A stretch of DNA of 57,220 nt from Flavobacteriaceae bacterium UBA1115 (GCA_002313325.1 DCBE01000019.1:1-57220), one strand, 5' to 3'. Positions 18,253 to 28,247 are shown, counted from the stretch's first letter. Notes: generated from the letters alone by a model not told the origin. Translations and numbers: made by a program.

Positions 18253-20250
18253 AACCTCGAAGCTAAAGTTCCACCTGGCCCTATTGAAAAAAAATGGACC
18301 ACTCACAAAAATAATATTCAACTTGTGAGCCCATCTAACAAAAGAGGGATTGATATAATTGTTGTTGGGACCGGCTTAGCAGGTGGTTCGGCTTCCGCTA
18401 CTCTCGCTGAATTGGGTTATAATGTAAAGGCATTTTGTTTTCAAGATTCACCAAGACGCGCGCATTCTATTGCTGCACAGGGTGGAATCAATGCTGCTAA
18501 AAATTATCAAGGCGATGGAGACTCTATTTATCGTTTGTTCTACGATACCGTAAAGGGTGGTGATTATCGTTCTAGAGAAGCAAATGTTTATCGATTGGCG
18601 GAAGTTTCAACTAATATTATTGATCAATGTGTTGCTCAGGGCGTTCCCTTTGCTCGTGACTATGGCGGACTCTTAGACAACCGCTCTTTTGGTGGGGTTT
18701 TGGTATCCAGAACTTTCTATGCCAAGGGACAAACTGGTCAGCAATTGTTGCTTGGGGCTTATTCTGCTATGAACCGCCAAATTGGTCGTGGTAAAATCAA
18801 GATGTACAATCGCCATGAAATGCTGGATCTTGTAAAAGTAGATGGCAAGGCGAGGGGTATTATCACGAGAAATTTGGTTAATGGAGAAATTGAACGTCAC
18901 GCAGCTCATGCAGTCGTAATTGCATCAGGAGGTTATGGTAACTTGTTTTACCTCTCTACAAATGCCATGGGCAGTAATGTTACTGCATCTTGGAAAATTC
19001 ACAAAAAAGGTGCTTATTTCGCCAATCCGTGTTTTACACAAATTCATCCTACTTGTATTCCTGTTTCGGGTGAACATCAATCTAAATTGACCTTGATGTC
19101 AGAGTCTTTACGAAATGATGGACGTATTTGGGTGCCTAAGAAAAAAGAGGCCGCCGCAGCGATTCGCGAAGGGAAGCTTAAACCAACTGATCTTGCTGAG
19201 CAAGATCGTGATTACTATCTAGAAAGACGCTATCCTGCTTTCGGAAACTTAGTGCCTCGAGATGTTGCTTCACGTGCTGCAAAAGAACGTTGCGATGAAG
19301 GCTATGGCGTTAATAAAACTGGCGAAGCCGTTTATTTGGATTTTGCAGATGCTATTGTGCGTTATGGAAAAGAAAAAGCACACGTTAAAGGCTTAGATGA
19401 AAGTGATATGACTCTTGTCCAAAAATTGGGTAAAAAAATCATAAAGGCAAAGTATGGGAACCTATTCCAGATGTATGAGAAAATTGTCGATCAAAACCCT
19501 TATGAAACTCCTATGATGATATACCCGGCGGTGCATTATACCATGGGAGGCGTTTGGGTTGATTATAATTTGATGACAACTGTTCCCGGGTGTTTTGCAA
19601 TAGGGGAAGCAAACTTCTCTGATCACGGGGCTAACCGTCTGGGCGCTTCAGCCCTTATGCAAGGATTAGCTGATGGCTATTTTGTACTACCATACACTAT
19701 AGGGGATTATTTGGCTGATGATATTCGCACAGGGCCAATAGCTACCGATGGTCCTGAATTTGACGCTGCTGAAGAAAGTGTACGCTCTCAAATAAATACT
19801 TTTATTGATAATAAAGGTTCTAAAACTGTAGATTATTTCCACCGTAAATTAGGGAAAATCATTTGGGATAAATGTGGAATGTCACGCAACGAAAAGCAAT
19901 TAAAAGAAGCCATTAAAGAAGTAAAAGCATTGAGAGAGCAATTCTATAAAGATGTTTATGTGCCTGGCACAGCTAACTCGTTCAACGAACCATTAGCCAA
20001 AGCACTTCGCGTGGCAGACTTTTTGGAGTTAGGGGAGTTATTTGCTAAGGATGCGCTTGAGCGTTCTGAATCTTGTGGTGGACATTTCCGTGAGGAATCT
20101 CAAACCCCCGAAGGAGAAGCCCTAAGAGATGATGCTAATTATACATTTGTCTCTGCATGGGAATACAAAGGCGATCCAACTCAGGCAAAACTTCATAAAG
20201 AAGCATTGGACTACGAAAACATTGAACTTAAAACACGATCATACAAATAG
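17884..20250 (+). CDS. sdhA: succinate dehydrogenase/fumarate reductase flavoprotein subunit. The ORF carries a non-homologous 5' extension of about 122 codons and the true initiation codon is uncertain.
   Basis: From about nt 18256 onward: [15 protein letters not shown]..., FAD motif [12 protein letters not shown], covalent-FAD His region [14 protein letters not shown], and HPT/RxxG motifs. There is no ATG/GTG/TTG at the position where homologues start. The frame is open back to GTG 17884. Confidence 0.9.
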   Translation: MKKITYSLNYRKPKKSYKQDDELTVCLRSYQKLQNGKFKVIKKSTGIKCKLRDWDSDWHKSSARNPIKSSDDNFLDKNRLLKDKSIEFHAKLFNLLKPNGYNESVNKLSPSTDLKLENKIIQSNLEAKVPPGPIEKKWTTHKNNIQLVSPSNKRGIDIIVVGTGLAGGSASATLAELGYNVKAFCFQDSPRRAHSIAAQGGINAAKNYQGDGDSIYRLFYDTVKGGDYRSREANVYRLAEVSTNIIDQCVAQGVPFARDYGGLLDNRSFGGVLVSRTFYAKGQTGQQLLLGAYSAMNRQIGRGKIKMYNRHEMLDLVKVDGKARGIITRNLVNGEIERHAAHAVVIASGGYGNLFYLSTNAMGSNVTASWKIHKKGAYFANPCFTQIHPTCIPVSGEHQSKLTLMSESLRNDGRIWVPKKKEAAAAIREGKLKPTDLAEQDRDYYLERRYPAFGNLVPRDVASRAAKERCDEGYGVNKTGEAVYLDFADAIVRYGKEKAHVKGLDESDMTLVQKLGKKIIKAKYGNLFQMYEKIVDQNPYETPMMIYPAVHYTMGGVWVDYNLMTTVPGCFAIGEANFSDHGANRLGASALMQGLADGYFVLPYTIGDYLADDIRTGPIATDGPEFDAAEESVRSQINTFIDNKGSKTVDYFHRKLGKIIWDKCGMSRNEKQLKEAIKEVKALREQFYKDVYVPGTANSFNEPLAKALRVADFLELGELFAKDALERSESCGGHFREESQTPEGEALRDDANYTFVSAWEYKGDPTQAKLHKEALDYENIELKTRSYK

Positions 20251-20252
20251 AT

Positions 20253-20999
20253 ATGAAACTGACATTAAAAATTTGGCGACAAGAAAATGCGACTGCAAAA
20301 GGGTGTATGCAAACGTATTCACTAGACGGTGTTTCACCTGATATGTCTTTTTTGGAAATGATGGACGTACTCAATGAGCAATTGATGGAAAATCGTATAG
20401 ACCCTGTAGCTTTTGACCACGATTGTCGCGAGGGGATTTGTGGGTCTTGCTCCATGTTTATTAACGGCGAGGCCCATGGCCCAGACCGCCTGATTACAAC
20501 TTGTCAATTACATATGCGTAAGTTTAAAGACGGGGATACTATTCATATTGAGCCTTTCCGTGCCAAGCCTTTTCCTGTTATAAAAGATTTGGTTGTAGAC
20601 CGCACTGCTTTTGATCGCATTCAACACACAGGAGGATTTGTTTCGGTAAATACATCTGGTAATACGCAAGATGCCAATGCACTACCTATTGAAAAAGAAT
20701 CAGCGGACAAAGCATTTGATGCTGCAGCATGTATTGGTTGTGGGGCTTGTGTTGCGAGTTGTAAAAATGCTTCTGCCATGCTGTTTGTTTCTGCCAAAGT
20801 ATCTCAATATGCACTGTTGCCACAAGGACAGGTGGAAGCTAATGACCGTGTGCTCAATATGGTTAAGCAAATGGACGAAGAAGGCTTCGGAAACTGTACC
20901 AACACAGGTGCTTGCGAAGTCGAATGTCCTAAAGGAATTTCACTTGAGAATATTGCCCGCATGAACCGTGAGTATTTAACGGCAAACTTAAAAGGCTAA
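20253..20999 (+). CDS. sdhB: succinate dehydrogenase/fumarate reductase iron-sulfur subunit
   Basis: 248 aa with three Cys clusters: [22 protein letters not shown] and [12 protein letters not shown]. Confidence 0.95.
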   Translation: MKLTLKIWRQENATAKGCMQTYSLDGVSPDMSFLEMMDVLNEQLMENRIDPVAFDHDCREGICGSCSMFINGEAHGPDRLITTCQLHMRKFKDGDTIHIEPFRAKPFPVIKDLVVDRTAFDRIQHTGGFVSVNTSGNTQDANALPIEKESADKAFDAAACIGCGACVASCKNASAMLFVSAKVSQYALLPQGQVEANDRVLNMVKQMDEEGFGNCTNTGACEVECPKGISLENIARMNREYLTANLKG

Positions 21000-21000
21000 A

Positions 21001-21027
21001 AAGGCAGTTTACTTCTGCTTCCTTTTG
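21001..21027 (+). terminator. weak hairpin plus short T-tract after sdhB
   Basis: AAGGCAG / CTGCTT stem (6 bp with one bulged G), 7-nt loop, then CCTTTTG. Marginal stability. Confidence 0.25.
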
Positions 21028-21172
21028 TGACGTAATGTTAGCACAGTTATCAAAACAGCATTATCTGTTGATGATGAAATAACTAAAGCAATACTTATAA
21101 CTTTTAAGTAGGTTTATTATTAAAAAGCATATTGTTTTTTATTTGGAGTATTAAATATAATATCTTCATAAA

Positions 21173-21946
21173 ATGAATTCCCTACAAATCATAATACTAC
21201 AACACAACACCGTTTGGCACAACCCTGTTGCCAACCAACAACGTTTCGAAATTCAACTTAATGAACTATCCGATTCAACAAAGCTTGTTATTTTGCCCGA
21301 AATGTGGACTTCGGGCTTTACTATGGCACCAGAAAGAGTTGCCGAAACCATGGATGGTACATCTATTCAATGGATGAAAGAAATGGCAAAAAAACACCAT
21401 ATAGCCATTTGTGGTAGCCTTGCTATTCAAGAAGAAAAATATTTTTATAACCGCTTTGTTTTTGTGCATCCCAACGGCAGGTTAGACACTTACGACAAAG
21501 CTCATCCTTATACACCCTCTGGCGAGGAAAAGGTGTATAGGGCTGGGAAACAAATCGCTTTGATTCAATATGCAGGTTTTCGGATTCGTCCATTGGTATG
21601 TTATGACTTGCGCTTTCCCGTATTTGCGCGCAATACAGATGATTATGACCTACTGATCTGTGTTGCCAACTGGCCAGCAGCCCGTATTCAAGCATGGAAT
21701 GCTCTTTTGCGTGCACGTGCCATTGAGAATATGGCCTATTGTGTTGGTGTAAATAGGACAGGAAAAGACAACAATCAACTGACTTATTCAGGTGGTTCTG
21801 CAGCCTATAACGCTTTGGGGGACGAATTGATTTATATGGACGAAAAACAAACAGCATCTACCTTTAAAATTGAACTTTACACGTTGCGTCAAACACGTAA
21901 AAAACTTCCTTTTTTAAAAGATCAAGATGATTTTACTCTAACATAA
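21173..21946 (+). CDS. carbon-nitrogen hydrolase (nitrilase superfamily; omega-amidase YafV-like)
   Basis: 257 aa with the catalytic triad context ILPEMW (Glu), a conserved Lys region and VCYDLRFP (Cys). Confidence 0.85.
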   Translation: MNSLQIIILQHNTVWHNPVANQQRFEIQLNELSDSTKLVILPEMWTSGFTMAPERVAETMDGTSIQWMKEMAKKHHIAICGSLAIQEEKYFYNRFVFVHPNGRLDTYDKAHPYTPSGEEKVYRAGKQIALIQYAGFRIRPLVCYDLRFPVFARNTDDYDLLICVANWPAARIQAWNALLRARAIENMAYCVGVNRTGKDNNQLTYSGGSAAYNALGDELIYMDEKQTASTFKIELYTLRQTRKKLPFLKDQDDFTLT

Positions 21947-23528
21947 ATTGCTCTTGCAGCTCCCAGTTGGCGCGGACATCTATTAGTGGAGGGAAATGAT
22001 AGACCGCTTCCGGTTTTTGTTTTTTTAGATAGTGACCCGTATCCCACTTGCCATTGGCGTTTTCATCGATACGGACTCTTATGTAGTATTTTTGTGGACT
22101 TAAATAGGCAAAGCGGAACAAACTCTTTTCTTCTGTGACATACATGGAACGCTTTATCTCTTCTTTTTCATCTAATAAATCAATGAAAATGGGAAATGAG
22201 GGTACATTGCCTAAACGCAGTGACAAATTGCCATAGTCTACACGGCTTTTAGTTTTGAGCTTAACCGCAAGGGTGTCATGCGTAACGTCAAAAAAATCAG
22301 TAATGGCACCTGGCAAAAGTTGTAATTGATAATTTTCACTAGGGAAAACATCAAATAGCATTTGAAGCTCGTGCTTGTTGTTTTGCACCAACTTAAATGG
22401 GACACTAACAGAATCTTTATCACGCAGTGAAATAGCATCGACATCAAAGCCTTTTAAGGGCGTATTAGTTTTGATTTTTAGGGTGTCAGCAAGATGTAAA
22501 GTGCCATTTTGCACTACAGTAACTTTGAGCGAATCAGGCTCTGCTTTTCTGATGCGGTACACATAGGACTTTGTCAAGGTGTCGTACTTGAGCGTAAACT
22601 TTAATGAGTCCGTATCAATCCCTCTATACCAATAATACATGGTATCCGTTTCACGATCTCGTGAAACAACAGAAGCAAAAGAGTCAGGCAACTCTCCTTC
22701 TAAAATGATATCAAAATCAGGGCTTCCATTATAGCCAAAGCCCACACGTTGCTTCCCAGCTTGGTAAGCACGGCCAAAAGCAAAACCGGGCTCTTCTTTG
22801 AACAAGGACAGGCAAAATAGGCTGTCGTTAGGCAATGTTATGGGTTCAGATATCACATCGATTTTATCAATCGATGGATCAAACATATAATTTTTTGAGA
22901 CGTCTTTTATAGCAGCCAACAGAAAACGCCCCTCTTTCAGATTGGGAATGGTAAATTCAATAAGACTATCAAGGGTGTTGGTGTAATACAGCGGCTTGTT
23001 CTTAAAAATAACAGAGTCTGTAAAAGTGCTATCCACGGGGTATAACATGACAGAAACAAAGTTTTCGGACTTGCGTGACAAGGCATCCGAAATACGTCCA
23101 CGCAACGTTAAAGAGTCAATGGCTGTTCCGGTTGAAAAAACATAGGAGAAAAAGGATAAGGGATTGCCCTCGTTGTTGTCCACCACACTATCTCCAAAAT
23201 TGAAGGTATAGGTTGTATTTGGCGCAAGGGTGTCCATTAGCGTAACATTAATGTATTTGGCCGCTATGCCTTGCGGTGAAATAATATAAGCACTTTGGTC
23301 AAGTGGTGGAGAAATCACCAGTTGATCCCTTAATTTTTCGAGCTTGATATACTCGTCAAAGTATATACGAATCTCATCGTCTTTGAAGTTGACAGTTTTT
23401 TGTGGTGGATCAGCACGTAGCAGCACTGGAGGCGTTTCGTCTTTGGGACCACCTGTTGGCGAACCACGACGCGCACATTGAACAAATAATGCGCAAATGA
23501 ACAGTAGAACAAAAATACGTTTAAGCAT
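21933..23528 (-). CDS. Ig-like (Big_5/SbsA-type) domain lipoprotein
   Basis: 531 aa with lipoprotein signal MLKRIFVLLFICALFVQC followed by GGPKDETPPVLL, typical of flavobacterial Ig-like-domain lipoproteins. Confidence 0.6.
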   Translation of the reverse strand: MLKRIFVLLFICALFVQCARRGSPTGGPKDETPPVLLRADPPQKTVNFKDDEIRIYFDEYIKLEKLRDQLVISPPLDQSAYIISPQGIAAKYINVTLMDTLAPNTTYTFNFGDSVVDNNEGNPLSFFSYVFSTGTAIDSLTLRGRISDALSRKSENFVSVMLYPVDSTFTDSVIFKNKPLYYTNTLDSLIEFTIPNLKEGRFLLAAIKDVSKNYMFDPSIDKIDVISEPITLPNDSLFCLSLFKEEPGFAFGRAYQAGKQRVGFGYNGSPDFDIILEGELPDSFASVVSRDRETDTMYYWYRGIDTDSLKFTLKYDTLTKSYVYRIRKAEPDSLKVTVVQNGTLHLADTLKIKTNTPLKGFDVDAISLRDKDSVSVPFKLVQNNKHELQMLFDVFPSENYQLQLLPGAITDFFDVTHDTLAVKLKTKSRVDYGNLSLRLGNVPSFPIFIDLLDEKEEIKRSMYVTEEKSLFRFAYLSPQKYYIRVRIDENANGKWDTGHYLKKQKPEAVYHFPPLIDVRANWELQEQFMLE

Positions 23529-23570
23529 GTCACAAAATAACGACTATTTTCTTGCTTTCGGAAGAATGTT

Positions 23571-24181
23571 TTACGCATGGGCCATTACGATTACCGAAAT
23601 TTTTTGGGTGGTTTGTTCAAGTAGCGCATTTCCATAGGCGTTTAGTGTCACTACCGTAGTAATCACATCATCGACCAATAACAAGTGTCTATAGTGCGTA
23701 TCGATTTCAACATAAAAAAGCATTTTTAATCTCTTTCAAGCGCTTTTTCTACTCATGCGCACCAATGTTTTGGTTTCGTTTTTTCGCAACTGCATATTGC
23801 TGAGAAATGGCACTCCAAGTTCCTTTGCCCAATATTGCCTAAAACGTGCACTTTGATTGTAACCCCGCTGTTTTTCTCGCCTTGGGTGTAGCGGAACAGA
23901 AACTACAGCATTACACTGCATTAGTAAATGTTGTTGTGGCAGCAACGCATAACATTGCTTGGCCATCCAATCTCCTACTTTAGGTTTGCTTTGATATTTG
24001 GGCGTGCGCAACATCTTTTGAATGGGATTATTTGGAAAAAATAAAAAGATGTGTAAGCACTTTCTATTGGGTGGTGTTGCCGCATCATCAGTTTGAGGGG
24101 ATAGTTTTTATCCCCTTCTAAATAGGATTTGGGCAGTTGAGATTGGCAATACACATACAGCCATTGGTGCTTTTTTGGCAA
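23571..24181 (-). pseudogene. comF: comF-family (phosphoribosyltransferase-like competence protein) pseudogene, broken by three frameshifts
   Basis: Homology is split over four frame segments: ..YCQSQLPKS..ESAYTSFYFF / FFPNNPIQKMLRTPKYQSKP...PLHPRREKQRGYNQS...LVRMSRK / KKRLKEIKNAF / FYVEIDTHYRHLLLVDDVITTVVTLNAYGNALL..VIVMAHA*. The shifts fall at homopolymers 24036-24041, 23744-23748 and 23714-23719. Confidence 0.75.
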
Positions 24182-24288
24182 GGAAAGTCCACATCACCAT
24201 CAACACTGTTGAAACTATACAGAAAGTAAATCCTGGAGCATAGTAAAAGGTTAAGCGGTTCCGAAGGTTTAAATTACGAAACTTATCC

Positions 24289-24296
24289 TATTTTTG
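24289..24296 (+). promoter_or_regulatory. -7 box TATTTTTG, 4 nt upstream of the glyQS ATG
   Basis: Exact TAnnTTTG match, then cccc, then ATG 24301. Confidence 0.4.
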
Positions 24297-24300
24297 CCCC

Positions 24301-25833
24301 ATGGCAAATCAAGAGCTATTCAAAAAAGTATTGTCCCATGCCAAGGAGTATGGGTTTGTTTTCCCTTCTAGTGAAATTTACGACGGACTTAGCGCTGTAT
24401 ATGACTATGGTCAACAAGGTGTAGCACTTAAAAAAAACCTTCGCGACTATTGGTGGAAAGCCATGGTACAACTCAATGACAATATTGTAGGCTTGGATGC
24501 AGCTATAATGATGCACCCAACCACTTGGAAGGCATCTGGTCATGTGGATGCCTTCAACGATCCGCTTATTGATAACAAGGATTCTCAAAAACGCTACCGC
24601 GCAGATGTGTTGGTGGAGGACTATGTGGGCAAGCTAGACACCAAAATTGAAAAGGAAGTGACGAAAGCTGCCAAACGTTTTGGCGATGCTTTTGATAAAA
24701 CCCAATTTTTGATCACCAATCCAAGAGTGGTTGGCTATAAAGAAAAAGGAGCTGCCATACAAAAGCGTTTGGGCAAGTCCTTGGAAAATCAAGACCTAGC
24801 AGATGTCAAGTCACTAATTGAAGAACTGGAGATTGTATGCCCTGTTTCGGGTTCTAAAAACTGGACGGAGGTCAAGCAATTTAACCTTATGTTTGGCACC
24901 AAGCTTGGCGCATCCACCGAAAGTGCAACAGAAATTTATTTACGTCCCGAAACCGCACAAGGAATTTTTTTAAACTTTTTAAACGTACAGAAAACAGGCC
25001 GCATGAAACTACCCTTTGGGATTGCCCAAACGGGGAAGGCTTTTCGCAACGAAATTGTTGCGCGGCAGTTTATTTTCCGCATGCGTGAATTTGAACAAAT
25101 GGAAATGCAGTTTTTTATTCCGCCCGGCACCCAAAAAGAGTGGTATGCCCACTGGAAAGAAACCCGTCTGAAATGGCACCACTCGTTAGGTTTAGGTGAG
25201 GACAATTACCGCTTTCACGACCACGAAAAATTGGCACACTATGCCGATGCCGCTTGTGATATTGAGTTCAAGTTTCCCTTTGGATTTAAGGAGTTGGAAG
25301 GCATACACTCCAGAACAGACTTTGATTTGACAAGTCACGAGGAATTTTCAGGAAAAAAACTACAGTACTTTGATCCGGAGCGTCAGGAAAACTACGTGCC
25401 TTATGTGTTGGAAACTTCTATTGGGTTAGATCGATTGTTCTTGGCGGTATTTTCAAATTCCTTACAAGAAGAAACCCTTGAAGACGGTTCTACCAGAACA
25501 GTTTTACGCTTACCAGCAGTAGTGGCACCTACCAAAGTAGCGGTATTGCCTTTGGTCAAAAAAGACGGTTTGCCCGATATTGCCAAATCTTTTGTGGATG
25601 AACTTAAATGGGACATGATGGTTGCTTATGATGAGAAAGATGCTGTTGGCCGCCGCTACAGACGACAAGATGCTTTGGGCACGCCCTTTTGTATTACGGT
25701 CGATCACCAAACCTTAGAAGATCAAACGGTAACCATTCGCTATCGTGATAGCATGGCACAAGAACGCTTGACCCTAGCAGAAGCTAAAGCTAAAATCTTA
25801 AAAACAATTGCTTTTGAAAATTGGTTAATTTAG
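24301..25833 (+). CDS. glyQS: glycine--tRNA ligase (homodimeric class II type)
   Basis: 510 aa with class II motifs (FRNEIVARQFIFRMREFEQMEMQFF, GIGLDRL) and a C-terminal anticodon-binding domain. Confidence 0.95.
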   Translation: MANQELFKKVLSHAKEYGFVFPSSEIYDGLSAVYDYGQQGVALKKNLRDYWWKAMVQLNDNIVGLDAAIMMHPTTWKASGHVDAFNDPLIDNKDSQKRYRADVLVEDYVGKLDTKIEKEVTKAAKRFGDAFDKTQFLITNPRVVGYKEKGAAIQKRLGKSLENQDLADVKSLIEELEIVCPVSGSKNWTEVKQFNLMFGTKLGASTESATEIYLRPETAQGIFLNFLNVQKTGRMKLPFGIAQTGKAFRNEIVARQFIFRMREFEQMEMQFFIPPGTQKEWYAHWKETRLKWHHSLGLGEDNYRFHDHEKLAHYADAACDIEFKFPFGFKELEGIHSRTDFDLTSHEEFSGKKLQYFDPERQENYVPYVLETSIGLDRLFLAVFSNSLQEETLEDGSTRTVLRLPAVVAPTKVAVLPLVKKDGLPDIAKSFVDELKWDMMVAYDEKDAVGRRYRRQDALGTPFCITVDHQTLEDQTVTIRYRDSMAQERLTLAEAKAKILKTIAFENWLI

Positions 25834-25837
25834 AAGT

Positions 25838-26377
25838 TTAAAACTTCTTCCCAACAACAATTCCTATTGGCGTATGGGCTTCATGGGAAGTTTCTGTTGC
25901 ATAACGAGCTAGCCCTGCAAACAATTCAAATGAAAAACCATTAGTGGTAACCCATTTTTGACCAATTGTCATACCAAGAGATATTTGAAGAGACTCATTT
26001 TCAACAGAGGCAAAAGAACTGAAGCCCTCTACAAAAAAACCTCTTGCACCATATTCTTCAAAATTGTAAAAGTAAAATCTATAGTAAGGATTTATAGCAA
26101 ATTTCCTATCAGTTAAAAGATCATAGTCTACTGCATTTATAAACATTGACAAGCCAAGACTATTAGACTTATTCAATATTTTTTTCATAAAATATATTAA
26201 TGTCTTCTACAACTAAAAAACTTAGAGCATTTAATCTAATTTCATTATCACCCTTTGATATGTGGCTTCTAAAGACGAATCCTTTACAACTGCTACCTTA
26301 ACTACCTTTTTTTCTTCTTGAGAAAACCCATAAAAAGCAGTTAAAAATATTATCGATTGGAAGATAATTTTTTTCAT
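25838..26377 (-). pseudogene. small outer-membrane beta-barrel protein pseudogene (two frameshifts)
   Basis: The segments read: signal peptide MKKIIFQSIIFLTAFYGFSQ...ATYQR (26377 down to a stop at 26231), then DNEIRLNALSFLVVEDINIFYEK in a second frame, then the 116-aa ORF 25838..26188 ending in the OMP-typical ...GIVVGKKF. The shifts fall near CCC 26251-26253 and the T7 run 26179-26185. Confidence 0.65.
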
Positions 26378-26433
26378 TCGAATAATAATTGGTTAGTTGC
26401 CAATGTAGCTATTTTTCATGTATTTTAGCATAG

Positions 26434-27198
26434 ATGAACATCATTTCCTACAATGTAAACGGTATTCGCGCAGCCATCAAAAAAGGTTTTTTGGATTGGT
26501 TGCAGCACGCCAACCCAGACGTATTATGCCTCCAAGAGACCAAAGCACAGCCTGATCAATTAGACCTCAGCGTATTTGAAGCAGCGGGCTACCCCTACTG
26601 CTACTGGTTTTCAGCTCAAAAGAAAGGTTACAGCTCTGTTGCGGTATTGTGCAAAGAAGAACCAAGGCATGCTGCCTATGGCACAGGCATAGATTATATG
26701 GATGTTGAAGGGCGTAATTTGCGTGTCGATTTTGAAGATGTTTCTGTGATGAGCCTCTACTTGCCTTCGGGGACCAATCCCGACCGATTGGCGTATAAGT
26801 TTACGTACATGGACGATTTTCAAGCCTATATTGATGAATTAAAAAAAGAATTACCCAACTTAGTAATCTGTGGCGATTACAATATTTGCCACGAAGCCAT
26901 TGATATACACGACCCGGTACGCAATGCCAAGGTTTCGGGCTTTTTACCTGAGGAGCGAAGCTGGCTAGACGACTTTATAAAAAGCGGTTTTGTGGACTCG
27001 TTCCGACACCTAAACACCGCACCGCACAATTACAGTTGGTGGAGTTATCGCGCCAATTCAAGGGCCAACAACAAAGGCTGGCGTATTGACTACGCCATGG
27101 TAAGCGAGCCCCTCAAGGCAAAAATAACAAGAGCATACATACTTCCCCAAGCTGTCCATTCTGACCACTGTCCTGTTGGCGTAACCTTAGATTTATAA
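26434..27198 (+). CDS. xth: exodeoxyribonuclease III
   Basis: 254 aa with SYNVNGIRA, LCLQETK, GDYNICH and SDHCPV motifs. Confidence 0.95.
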   Translation: MNIISYNVNGIRAAIKKGFLDWLQHANPDVLCLQETKAQPDQLDLSVFEAAGYPYCYWFSAQKKGYSSVAVLCKEEPRHAAYGTGIDYMDVEGRNLRVDFEDVSVMSLYLPSGTNPDRLAYKFTYMDDFQAYIDELKKELPNLVICGDYNICHEAIDIHDPVRNAKVSGFLPEERSWLDDFIKSGFVDSFRHLNTAPHNYSWWSYRANSRANNKGWRIDYAMVSEPLKAKITRAYILPQAVHSDHCPVGVTLDL

Positions 27199-27209
27199 GC
27201 AACACATAG

Positions 27210-28247
27210 ATGAAATACACCACCATTCCATATACCGATATTCGGGTGAGTAAAATTTGCCTGGGCACCATGACTTGGGGCAACCAAAACACCCCATCCG
27301 AGGGTTTTGAACAAATGGATTATGCCCTAGACGCCAGAGTTAACTTTTTTGATACCGCCGAACTTTATCCTGTCCCTGCCACAGCAGACACCTATGCTGA
27401 TACCGAGCGCATCATGGGCGACTGGTTTGCCACACGAAAGAATAGAGATAAAGTAGTTTTGGCAACTAAAATTGCTGGGCCTGGCGCCTATACCGCGCAT
27501 ATCCGCACCACAGGTTACACACCTGATAGTATAGGCGAGGCTCTTGAAGGTAGTCTAAAAAGATTGCAAACAGATTATATAGATCTCTATCAATTGCATT
27601 GGCCAGAGCGCAATGCCAATTTCTTTGGCAAACGAGACTATTTTCCTGAAACAGCTGAGCAATGGGAGGAAAATTTTCAAGAGATTTTGGAAACACTTCA
27701 TCAATTTGTACAACAAGGAAAAATTAGGCATGTCGGTTTGTCGAACGAAACACCCTGGGCTTCGATGAAATACATTTCTTTAGCTGAGCAAAAGGATTTA
27801 CCCCGAATGAAAACTATACAAAATCCGTATTCGCTGCTTAACCGGACTTTTGAGGTAGGCAATGCGGAGGTAGCCCATCGTGAGCAGTTGGGATTACTGG
27901 CATATTCGCCATTGGCGTTTGGTTTGCTGTCTGGAAAATATCGAAACGGACAGTTACCCGAAAACAGCCGTTTAAAACTATTTCCGCGTATGGCGCGTTA
28001 CAACAGCGATCAATCACGTGACGCCACAGAAGCCTATGCGGCGATTGCTGAAAAGCACAATCTTACGCTGACGCAGCTTTCGTTGGCATTTGTTACCGAC
28101 CGCCCTTTTGTAACTTCTAATATTATTGGTGCGACCACCATGGAACAACTCAAGGAAAATATTGGATCGGCAGAAATCACACTTTCACAAGAAATTTTGG
28201 ACGAAATTAATGCGGTACATGGACGTATACCCAACCCAGCACCTTAA
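27210..28247 (+). CDS. NADP(H)-dependent aldo-keto reductase (Tas-like)
   Basis: 345 aa with LGTMTWG, FDTAELYP (catalytic Tyr) and IDLYQLHWP motifs. Confidence 0.9.
   Translation: MKYTTIPYTDIRVSKICLGTMTWGNQNTPSEGFEQMDYALDARVNFFDTAELYPVPATADTYADTERIMGDWFATRKNRDKVVLATKIAGPGAYTAHIRTTGYTPDSIGEALEGSLKRLQTDYIDLYQLHWPERNANFFGKRDYFPETAEQWEENFQEILETLHQFVQQGKIRHVGLSNETPWASMKYISLAEQKDLPRMKTIQNPYSLLNRTFEVGNAEVAHREQLGLLAYSPLAFGLLSGKYRNGQLPENSRLKLFPRMARYNSDQSRDATEAYAAIAEKHNLTLTQLSLAFVTDRPFVTSNIIGATTMEQLKENIGSAEITLSQEILDEINAVHGRIPNPAP

Noticed and set aside
23330-23578. An 82-aa minus-strand ORF spanning the start of the Ig-like lipoprotein gene and the end of comF.
   Set aside because: It is out of frame with both real genes. 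Its upstream part overlaps the comF C-terminal fragment and its downstream part overlaps the lipoprotein signal-peptide region.
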